A DNA stretch of 64,000 bases, taken from positions 12,609 through 76,608 of the forward strand of contig JBDHWG010000009.1 of NCBI GenBank assembly GCA_039810085.1, given 5' to 3'. How positions within the stretch are numbered: position 1 is the first letter of the stretch; each line of letters starts with the position of its first letter. This document shows positions 18,002-25,844 of the stretch, piece after piece. This DNA comes from Anaerolineae bacterium (lineage in GTDB: Bacteria; Chloroflexota; Anaerolineae; Epilineales; JAHCIE01). Under the pieces are notes generated by a model. The model saw only the letters and a list, made by a program, of their open reading frames with translations, was not told the DNA's origin and did not search any database. A program made the translations under genes and the position numbers.

Positions 18002-18285
18002 GCTGCGTGTTCACCCCCTTTGTCTCTTTGGTAATCTCTTCTCTCTTTCTTATCTGCGGATCGAGCGGTGACGGGATAATAAACGCCCTGACCCTCTGGA
18101 TCGAGAACAACGGCAAGCATACGTCCATCGAGCGTTGGCCCAATGACCATAATGCGCCCTTTGTAGCTCTCGCGAATGATATAATCGCCCTGGCAAACAT
18201 CTTCAACGTCCTGCTGTGTGACCCCGTGCCGTGCAATATGCTCCGTGTTCCAGGTATCCCAAAGAAGGCGAGCAATGACTATCAT
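17998..18285 (-). CDS. brnT: BrnT toxin (RelE-like fold, DUF497)
   Basis: 95 aa; WDTWNTEHIARHGVTQQDVEDV...RIMVIG...RMLAVV typical BrnT; ATGA overlap with brnA. Confidence 0.75.
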   Translation of the reverse strand: MIVIARLLWDTWNTEHIARHGVTQQDVEDVCQGDYIIRESYKGRIMVIGPTLDGRMLAVVLDPEGQGVYYPVTARSADKKERRDYQRDKGGEHAA

Positions 18286-18287
18286 AC

Positions 18288-18318
18288 AACGAACGCATCA
18301 TAACATAATGCGTTCGTT
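18288..18318. promoter_or_regulatory. Inverted repeat AACGAACGCAT-N9-ATGCGTTCGTT immediately upstream of brnT start (putative operator)
   Basis: 11-bp perfect arms read in sequence, 3 nt from brnT ATG. Confidence 0.3.
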
Positions 18319-18652
18319 GAAACAAGGGGTTCGGTTGTACTCTATGTCGCCTAATGCTCATTTTACGTCATGAGGGCATAGTGGGGTTTTAGGCGTTGGG
18401 ATGAGGTTTTTTCAATTATGGAGAAGACGGGCGCAAGAGGGATGAGCCGAGTTTCAACCTATAACCGTCGGTCGAGCTGGCTCTAGGCCACAAAAAAAGA
18501 GAACTGACGACAGGAAGACTTGGGAGTAAAGAGAGCGCGTTTCGCGCAGAAGCACCAGTTGGCGCACTCTTCGTCCATTGTCGATCCTTTTTCTTGTCGT
18601 AGTTCTCTTTCTTCAGCGCTCCAAGCGCTGACCTCATTCCTCGCGGATGATT

Positions 18653-19471
18653 TTACTCGGCCGGGGTCGCGCCCGCGTTCTGATCGCGCATGTGGTTCTC
18701 AAGGATCTCCACAAGAAGGTGGACTTCAGCAGAACTGAGGAGGTACCACCACCCGGCAAGGTTGACCACTTTGGTAGCAGTCTGAGTAGTAGGCTCGTCT
18801 TCGCCCCGGAAAACGCTCATCGTCGCCCTCCTCTCATCCAGAGCCTTCCCAAGCTTCACTTGGAGGTCCGCATCCAGAAGGTACTCCTTGCCCTGGAGGG
18901 TGATCGTCACATGTGGGGGCTGAAGCGTCTCGGGGATCTCGAAGGGCTCGATGATCTCGTTCTCCCTCTCGGTCTTGAGTCTGAGCGCCCATGGCTCCCA
19001 ACTCTCCCAGAGGTCGGAGATGATCTTGTTGTCCGGGGTGCGCTTCCGCGGCAGCTTGTTCTCCTTCAGAGGTGTATCGAGGTAGGTGTGAAAGATGTCC
19101 GGTATGCGCGTCGGCGTGTACTTGTTGTTCTCGTACACGCTTTTCTCAATCAACGCGTTGATCAGCACCTGTTGGCTCGGACTGGCAGAGTCATAGATTT
19201 CGAGCATCGATGAGATCAGGTCGAAAGTGGAGGGACCGGCCTCCTCATCGGCGTTGATGCCTAGCGCCTTCTTCTCCACCAGGTCGACCTCCAGCTCATA
19301 TGAGATCACCACCTTTCCGCGCACGGTCTGCACCTCTCCCGCTTTGATTCTGCGGTTGAGCTCCTCTCTGGAGATCCCCAGGTGATTCGCCGCCTCATTC
19401 AAAGTCATGTTCTTGCTATCTACCGCCGTCATAGCCATCGCTGTCTCCTTCGGGCATTCTGCCCTTTGCAT
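18653..19471 (-). CDS. Hypothetical protein with N-terminal HTH_17/MerR-excisionase-like HTH
   Basis: 272 aa; MTLNEAANHLGISREELNRRIKAGEV; remainder unassigned. Confidence 0.5.
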   Translation of the reverse strand: MQRAECPKETAMAMTAVDSKNMTLNEAANHLGISREELNRRIKAGEVQTVRGKVVISYELEVDLVEKKALGINADEEAGPSTFDLISSMLEIYDSASPSQQVLINALIEKSVYENNKYTPTRIPDIFHTYLDTPLKENKLPRKRTPDNKIISDLWESWEPWALRLKTERENEIIEPFEIPETLQPPHVTITLQGKEYLLDADLQVKLGKALDERRATMSVFRGEDEPTTQTATKVVNLAGWWYLLSSAEVHLLVEILENHMRDQNAGATPAE

Positions 19472-19869
19472 GTTGTTACTGTCCCAAATAGAACAGCGCC
19501 CAGAGACCTCATTGTGAGATATCCAAGCGCTGTCCTATTCAGGCAAGGAGACGGTTGAACCGATTGAGTCAATTATTTGTCCGCAAAGAATTAATGTGCA
19601 TGCAAAACAGAGAAACATCTGAGACGCACTGCCTCTGTTTCTCAATCCGCAACCTCATATTATACCCTATAGTCTGATTTATGTCAATACCAACTCCCTC
19701 TCGTTCCCTACAGTCCCCCCTCTTCCTAACCACAGTCGAGGCAAAACCACCCCTATGGCCTCCACTTCCCCGCTCTCATCTTCCTGGCAGCGGCCACACT
19801 GACTGCCTGCGGCAGTCAGACCTCTTCGGCAAACCGCCGAAGGAGCACCCGGAGCCCGAAGCGCCGTAG

Positions 19870-20140
19870 CGGAGCCGTCCTGTGGCGAAGCGGTCAGCCG
19901 GAGCGAGCAAGCGACCGGCGCGAAACGAGCGGGGTACAAGCGGACGAGGCCAGGCGAGCAGTCTGACGAGGTTCGGGGAGTCAGTCTGCGAGCCGACTAG
20001 GGCCGAAGGCCGCAGCCCGCGAGTGCAGCAGAGGAAGCAGCGAGCGAAGGCCAGCGAAGCCACGAAGACCGGCGCAGTGGAGGCGCGAAGGGTCGCCGCG
20101 AAGCGAGCGAAAGCCCCGTGCTAACGGGGCTTCAGAGGGC
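19870..20140. repeat. GC-rich non-coding tract with at least 6 GCGAAG/GAGCGAA motif repeats and several hairpins
   Basis: Direct reading: GGCGAAGCGG, GCGAGCGAAGGCC, CAGCGAAGCC, GCGCGAAGGG, CGCGAAGCGAGCGAAAGCC; hairpins CTGACTGCC-TGC-GGCAGTCAG (about 19797) and GCCCCG-TGCTAA-CGGGGC (about 20115). Confidence 0.3.
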
Positions 20141-20275
20141 GCGGACGGAGGCGGTAGCTGGTTTGCCGGCTGTCAATACGTGTGTATACTCAGAGGTGAG
20201 GCCACTATCACATCTGGAACCGGATGGTTGTCCGAAACGGCACGGCAATTTGAGAGACCACATTGCGTATCAAAC

Positions 20276-20620
20276 ATGGTGATGCTGGAAATGTCGCTGC
20301 TCGACCATGAGCAGCTGCGCGTTTTGCTGCTCGACACAAAGAACAAGGTGCATGGCATTGTCACTGTCTATAAAGGCACAGTCAACAGTAGCCAGGTGCG
20401 CGTCGCCGAGGTATTCAAGGACGCCGTGCGCCACAATCACCCAGCGATCATCGTCGTCCACAACCACCCGTCGGGCGACCCGACGCCGAGCCGTGACGAC
20501 GTGCGCGTGACGCGAGAAATGGTGCAGGCGGGCGAGCTGCTGGGCATTAACGTGCTGGACCACATCGTCATCGGCCAGCAGAAGTTCGTCAGCATGAAAG
20601 AGCGCGGGCTAGGCTTTTGA
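20276..20620 (+). CDS. radC: RadC-like JAB domain protein, N-terminally truncated paralog
   Basis: 114 aa from ATG 20276; [18 protein letters not shown]...MKERGLGF, roughly two-thirds identical by eye to 14291-14875 product over the JAB domain. Confidence 0.7.
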   Translation: MVMLEMSLLDHEQLRVLLLDTKNKVHGIVTVYKGTVNSSQVRVAEVFKDAVRHNHPAIIVVHNHPSGDPTPSRDDVRVTREMVQAGELLGINVLDHIVIGQQKFVSMKERGLGF

Positions 20621-20625
20621 CAGAT

Positions 20626-21282
20626 TTACGTCGATGACTTTTCGATGTCCGTCTTAGTCAGCATTTCCGACGCGTGGAGGATGAGTTCGACGCAGCGGTC
20701 TTCGCCCAAGAGCGACGTGTTCAACACGAAGTGGAACGGGCTGGGGTCGTGCCAATCAGCGTGGTAGAACTGGCGCAGGTAGTTGGCACGCCGCGTGTCT
20801 TCCTGGCGAATGTACTTCTCCGCCTCCGCCTGCTTCCAGTTGCGCAGCCGCATCATGCGCTGGACCCGGTAGGCGAGGGGCGCGATGCACTGGACGTGCA
20901 AGACACCTGGCTCGCCCGCCAGGACAAACTGCGAGCCGTGCCCGAAGATGACGACGTTGCCATGCTTCGTCGCTTCCCGAATCATCTGTTGCGTGATTTG
21001 CACTTCCTGCTGCGCCGGCGACTCAAAATCGACCGATACCTGCCCCATGTCCATCGGCACCAGGGTGGTGTTCGAGAGCCACATCACGCGGGTTAGACGG
21101 TCGATGAACGAGTCAGCGCGCTCTTCGCGCGCCTGCGCCGCCTGCTGCGAAATGCCCAGCCGACGGGCGACTTCCTGCACAATCTGGGTGTCGAGGTATT
21201 CCGCCCCCAGACGCTCGGCCACCTTCTGACCAATCGACTGTCCACCACTTCCCGTATAACGCGAAATCGTGATAACTGGCAT
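20626..21282 (-). CDS. Cytidylate kinase-like family protein (AAA_33-type P-loop)
   Basis: 218 aa from ATG 21282 (RBS AGGAAGGA); N-term MPVITISRYTGSGGQSIGQKVAERLG. Confidence 0.7.
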   Translation of the reverse strand: MPVITISRYTGSGGQSIGQKVAERLGAEYLDTQIVQEVARRLGISQQAAQAREERADSFIDRLTRVMWLSNTTLVPMDMGQVSVDFESPAQQEVQITQQMIREATKHGNVVIFGHGSQFVLAGEPGVLHVQCIAPLAYRVQRMMRLRNWKQAEAEKYIRQEDTRRANYLRQFYHADWHDPSPFHFVLNTSLLGEDRCVELILHASEMLTKTDIEKSST

Positions 21283-21320
21283 GCGTCTAAATCCTTCCTG
21301 AAAACGACGCCTCGCCCCAC

Positions 21321-22673
21321 TCAGGCGAGGGTGCGCAACCTGGGTGTGAATGCCCAGAACACAGCGGCCAAGGCGAGGGAGATGACGGCGCTGACGACGA
21401 TGGTCCAGGGGGCGCCGATGTAGTTCGCCAGGGCGCCCGCCCACAGCGCGCCGAGCGGCATGCCGCCGAAGAACGTCAGGCTATAGACCCCCATCGTCCG
21501 TCCGCGCATCTCGTCGGTCACCTGTGTCTGCACCAACGTATTCGCCATGTTGAACAGGACCATCGTCCCCCAACCGACCCCAGCCAACACGAGCAGCGAT
21601 AGCGAGAGGACCTGCGTCACGGCGAAAAGAATGAGCAGGATCGGATACACGATTGTTCCGATGGTCAGCAATTTGCCGCGCCGCAAGAACGGGCCCATCG
21701 AGGCAATCATCAACGCACCGACGAGTGAGCCAGCGCCGCGCGCCGATTGGAGCAAGCCGTTGGTCATCGCATCGCCCTTAAGCACATCGACAGCCCAGGC
21801 CGGCAGGAGGGTCGCGTATGCGCTGCCAAAGAGCGCGCCAACGGCTGCCACGGCGATGAGTGTCCGAATGATCGAGTGAGACATCGTATACCGCAGGCCC
21901 TCCTTGAGCTGGTCAAGCGCTCGGCCGTGGCGCGGCGCCCGGGCGATCTGCTGAATGTGCATCAGCGCCAGGGCGACGATGACGGCGATGAACGACAGGC
22001 CGTTAATCGTGAAGCACCACGCCGCGCCAAACGCTGCGTACGTCAGGCCCGCGACGGCCGGCCCCACGACGGTGGCCGCGTTGAACATGCCGGAGTTGAG
22101 CGCAATGGCGTTCGTCAGCGCCCGCCGGTCCACCAGCTCTAGAACGAACGCCTGGCGCGCTGGCGCATCGAAAGCGTTGGCGATGCCGAGCAGGAACGCC
22201 AGGACCACGATCTCCCACGGCTGGATGATGTTGAGGAACGTCAGGATGGCCTGGATGAACGCCAGGACCATCATCGTCGCCTGGGTGATGATGAGCAAGT
22301 TGCGGCGCGACATGCGGTCCGCGATCACGCCGCCGTAGAGCATGAAAATCCACGCGGGCGCGCCCGCCGCGAAGCCGACGTAGCCCAGATAGGCCGTCGA
22401 GTGCGTGAGCTGGAACACGAGGAAGCCCTGCGCGGTCGTCTGCATCCACGTCCCGACGAGAGAGACGAGCTGTCCGGCGAACCACAAGCGATAGTTCGGA
22501 TACTGCAACGCTTCAAAAGTACGCCCCATGACCCCGGCCTGGCTGCGCTCCTCGACTCGTCGGTCGAGCGCGTCGGCCTGGGCGGGAACGATAGCCTGGG
22601 AGGTTGCACGCGCTTGCGAGGCGTCTCCGCGCGCTGGGAGGTCCTGGGGAGAAACCGCTTCATTCTTGGACAT
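21321..22673 (-). CDS. MFS transporter
   Basis: 450 aa, about 12 TM helices, MFS-typical loops (GVIADRMSRRNLLI). Confidence 0.8.
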   Translation of the reverse strand: MSKNEAVSPQDLPARGDASQARATSQAIVPAQADALDRRVEERSQAGVMGRTFEALQYPNYRLWFAGQLVSLVGTWMQTTAQGFLVFQLTHSTAYLGYVGFAAGAPAWIFMLYGGVIADRMSRRNLLIITQATMMVLAFIQAILTFLNIIQPWEIVVLAFLLGIANAFDAPARQAFVLELVDRRALTNAIALNSGMFNAATVVGPAVAGLTYAAFGAAWCFTINGLSFIAVIVALALMHIQQIARAPRHGRALDQLKEGLRYTMSHSIIRTLIAVAAVGALFGSAYATLLPAWAVDVLKGDAMTNGLLQSARGAGSLVGALMIASMGPFLRRGKLLTIGTIVYPILLILFAVTQVLSLSLLVLAGVGWGTMVLFNMANTLVQTQVTDEMRGRTMGVYSLTFFGGMPLGALWAGALANYIGAPWTIVVSAVISLALAAVFWAFTPRLRTLA

Positions 22674-22773
22674 TGTCTTCGTCTACCCATCTTGCTTTTA
22701 TCAAACTGTCTTGAGCATAATATAGGCCAACAGACGCCAGACGTCGAAAATCCGTTCGCGGACGGGAGGCAGT

Positions 22774-23217
22774 TTGAAAACCAGCATCGTCCTTGGTCTC
22801 CTGCGCTCAGGCGACCGCGTGCTATTCGTGAAGCAGAACTACGGCAGCTACTCGTGGATGCTGCCCGGCGGCCACGTCCGCCCCGACGAGAGCCTGGCCC
22901 AGGCGATCATGCGCAAGATAGGTGAGGAGGTCGGCCTGGAGGTCAATGTGCAGGGCCTCGTCGCCTTGCGTGACCAGGCGGATGCCCAGGTAGCCGTGCT
23001 CGCCGTCGCGCCGCGTGGCGGAACGATGCACACTGAAACGCCGGTCGGCCTGGCTGGGATGCAGTGGCTCGACGTGTCCGACCTGAAAGCCCTCCAGGAG
23101 CCTGTGTTCGAATTCGACCGCTTCATTGCCCACCGCGCCTTGCAGCAAGGCTCCAACATGCTGCTCCATCAAATGTGGGAGGTCCCCGACGACCTGCCGA
23201 CGGACGCATACTACTGA
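22774..23217 (+). CDS. NUDIX hydrolase
   Basis: Nudix box [26 protein letters not shown]. Confidence 0.85.
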   Translation: MKTSIVLGLLRSGDRVLFVKQNYGSYSWMLPGGHVRPDESLAQAIMRKIGEEVGLEVNVQGLVALRDQADAQVAVLAVAPRGGTMHTETPVGLAGMQWLDVSDLKALQEPVFEFDRFIAHRALQQGSNMLLHQMWEVPDDLPTDAYY

Positions 23218-23254
23218 GATCGCCCCTCGCCCGTTATAAGGGAGGCCCCATGCG

Positions 23255-24148
23255 GTGGCCTCCTTTTTGCTTCCATCCGACTGCATGACAGAGCAGCGAC
23301 ACAGCCCTGAACCGCATCCGCAGCGAGACGAGCAGCCGGGGCGCTCCTGGCTGCGCATCGTCGCCGTCCTCGCTATGGGCGCGGCTCTTGTAATCCTCGC
23401 GTGGCGGCTGTATGCCGTACCCTGGACGGGCTTTGCAAGCAAGACGCTGTGGGACTGGCTGGACTTGCTCATCGTCCCCATCGTCCTGGCGATTGGCGGC
23501 TGGCTCCTCAACCGCTCCGAGAAGGAGCGCGAGGAAGCCGTCACGGGGAAGCGCGAGGCTATCAACCGCGACATCGCAAACGACACGCAGCGCGAGACAA
23601 CGCTACAGACGTATTTCGACCGGATGTCCGACCTGTTGCTGACCGAGGGATTACGAACGTCGGCGGAGAAATCTGAAGCGCGCGCCGTCGCGCGTGTGTG
23701 GACGCTCACCGTGCTGCGGCGGATGGACTACGAGCGCAAAGTCATCGTGCTGCGCTTTCTCTACGAAGCCGACCTGATCCACGCCGGCCGCAGTATCGTC
23801 AACCTGAACGGCGCCGATTTCGCCAGGGCCAATCTCGCCCACATCAATCTGGGCCAGGCCGACCTGCACCGCATTGACCTGACCCGTGCCAGTCTCTTCG
23901 AGACCTATCTGCGCAACGCCGACCTGCGCGGGGCGACGCTTCGGGCGGCCAACCTGCGGGGCACAAAGCTCTACAACGCGGCGCTCCAGGGCGCCGACTT
24001 ACGCAGCGCCGACCTGACCGGGGCCAAGCTCAAGAATGCCTCCCTGCAAGGCGCTAACCTGCGCGGCGCCCAGGTCACGGAGCAGCAACTTGCCGAAGCT
24101 CGCTCGCTGCGCGGCACGATCATGCCCGACGGGTCGCAGCACCCGTAG
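23255..24148 (+). CDS. Pentapeptide-repeat protein with N-terminal TM segment
   Basis: Tandem A(D/N)LxxA(D/N)L repeats: ANLAHINLGQADLHRIDLTRASL...ADLRGATLRAANLRG. Confidence 0.8.
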   Translation: MASFLLPSDCMTEQRHSPEPHPQRDEQPGRSWLRIVAVLAMGAALVILAWRLYAVPWTGFASKTLWDWLDLLIVPIVLAIGGWLLNRSEKEREEAVTGKREAINRDIANDTQRETTLQTYFDRMSDLLLTEGLRTSAEKSEARAVARVWTLTVLRRMDYERKVIVLRFLYEADLIHAGRSIVNLNGADFARANLAHINLGQADLHRIDLTRASLFETYLRNADLRGATLRAANLRGTKLYNAALQGADLRSADLTGAKLKNASLQGANLRGAQVTEQQLAEARSLRGTIMPDGSQHP

Positions 24149-24635
24149 CACCCTCGGCCTTCGCCATGTTGGCCGCCCCGCTACGCCCCCGGCGCACCAG
24201 CAGCCAGCCGACAATGGCAAGGAGCGCGCCGAACGCGAGAAACCCCATGTCGTAGGCGAACTCATTCGGCCCGGATCGCACGTGGTGAATGCCGAGAATC
24301 TGGTGGTCGATCAGACCCTCGACCAGGTCGAACAAGCCCCAGCCCATCAGCAGCGCCCCGACAAAGACGCTCGGCGACCAGAGGACATCGCTCCGCTGCC
24401 CCGCGCGCCAAAGCATCGCCAGGCCAATCGCCGTGATTACCCATGTCGCGGCATGGAACAGGCCGTCGGCGAGAGTATTCAGTTCTAGACTTGCGACAGA
24501 CGTGGGTGGAAAGCCGGCGCTCGTGAGCATGTGATGCCACTGTAGAATCTGATGCAACACGATGCCGTCCACGAAGCCGCCCAACCCAATCCCCAGGACA
24601 ATCCCTGCCCAGAACACGGGCTTATAGCTCTTCAT
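24120..24635 (-). CDS. DUF2243-like integral membrane protein
   Basis: 171 aa from ATG 24635 (RBS GGGG); MKSYKPVFWAGIVLGIGLGGFVDGIVLHQILQWHHM. Confidence 0.55.
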   Translation of the reverse strand: MKSYKPVFWAGIVLGIGLGGFVDGIVLHQILQWHHMLTSAGFPPTSVASLELNTLADGLFHAATWVITAIGLAMLWRAGQRSDVLWSPSVFVGALLMGWGLFDLVEGLIDHQILGIHHVRSGPNEFAYDMGFLAFGALLAIVGWLLVRRGRSGAANMAKAEGATGAATRRA

Positions 24636-24799
24636 TCCCCAACCTCTCTTGCATGGCGAGTCCCTACTGCGGCTGGGCCGGTGCAAGGAGTATGCCAGGT
24701 TGGATATCAGGGCCAGGAATGCAGCCGGGGCCAGGCGGCCACCCTGCCGTCTAGCCCCGCTCGGCTCACGTTTCGAATTTCGATTTGTGCCGTGAATAA

Positions 24800-25012
24800 T
24801 TAGTCGCGGCGGCCTATGCAGTGAACGTGCGACAGGCTTTCGAGCCAATCCACCGCCTGCTCACTCAGCTTCTGGGGAATAGCGATGGTCACCGGGCCTT
24901 GCCGTTCAAACGGAACGTGCTGATCTTTCAAAGCCTTCTCGAAGAGATTAGCCTCCAGCTGCGACCCAAAGCGTAGCTTGGTCATACTGTCCATAGCCCT
25001 TTCTAGGTCCAA
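24800..25012 (-). CDS. Hypothetical small protein (70 aa)
   Basis: ORF only. Confidence 0.2.
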   Translation of the reverse strand: MDLERAMDSMTKLRFGSQLEANLFEKALKDQHVPFERQGPVTIAIPQKLSEQAVDWLESLSHVHCIGRRD

Positions 25013-25284
25013 CCCAACGGACCGTCACTCCGTTAGACGCATAGCTCAGCAACATTTTACGCTTGACGAAAACTTGCTTTTCCGACCCATAGGGTATACA
25101 ATTCGGCTGTTGTAGAACAATGTCATAGAAGACATCGCGTCGCCTGGTACTTCTTGAGCGGCGCATTCACTCGGCCGTGAGCACTCGTCTCACGGCTGTA
25201 TTTGTTTGAGGGGACAGAGCGACCGATACGGACACCGTGTTCAACAACCAATATGGGTCGCGGTCCAGGAAGGAGTCGTTTGTG

Positions 25285-25752
25285 ATGGATTACACGAGTA
25301 TTCCTATCGAGCCGAAGCATATCGCCCTGGTGGCCCACGACAACAAGAAGAAGGAGTTGCTCGAGTGGGCCGAGTACAACCGTTTCGTCCTCGCGCAGCA
25401 CCACCTGTACGCGACCGGCACGACGGGCCGCCTGCTCGATGAGGTCCTCGGGGTCGAGGTCACCAAGCTACAGAGCGGTCCGCTCGGCGGGGACCAGCAG
25501 ATCGGTGCGAAAATCTCTGAGGGTGAAATCGACTTTCTCATCTTCTTCTGGGATCCGCTGGATGCGCATCCCCATGACCCTGACGTCAAGGCGCTGCTGC
25601 GCATCGCCGTGGTGTGGAACATCCCCGTCGCATGTAACCGCGCCACTGCCGACTTCATGATCGCCTCGCCGCTGCTGTCGAGCGAATATCAGCGCATTCT
25701 CCCCGACTATAACGACTATCGGGAGCGCCTGACGCCAGCCGTGCCCGCCTGA
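25285..25752 (+). CDS. mgsA: Methylglyoxal synthase
   Basis: [21 protein letters not shown]...ATGTTGRLL...[10 protein letters not shown] signature of MgsA. Confidence 0.9.
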   Translation: MDYTSIPIEPKHIALVAHDNKKKELLEWAEYNRFVLAQHHLYATGTTGRLLDEVLGVEVTKLQSGPLGGDQQIGAKISEGEIDFLIFFWDPLDAHPHDPDVKALLRIAVVWNIPVACNRATADFMIASPLLSSEYQRILPDYNDYRERLTPAVPA

Positions 25753-25844
25753 TCCCCCGGCCCGTTGTCCGGGTTACATAGCCTGACAAAACACGCGGCC
25801 CTGAGCCATGATGCTCAGGGCCGTTCACGTTAAGTGCAAGTGGG

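Noticed and set aside
19882-20124. 80-aa highly basic ORF (MAKRSAGASKRPARNERGTSGRG...)
   Set aside because: Low-complexity Arg/Ala/Lys composition created by the GCGAAG repeat tract, with no RBS or domain. Treated as non-coding.
1-20150. Integrase/recombinase or transposase delimiting the island
   Set aside because: None of the ORFs shows tyrosine/serine recombinase or DDE motifs. The only transposase-like feature is the 40-aa IS3-OrfA-like HTH at 15555-16535, so the island's mobility mechanism cannot be stated from this window.
25020-25100. tRNA-like start GCGCATAGCTCAGC upstream of mgsA
   Set aside because: No acceptor-stem complement, anticodon stem or GTTCGAATC-type T-loop follows. It is a chance resemblance to the D-arm.
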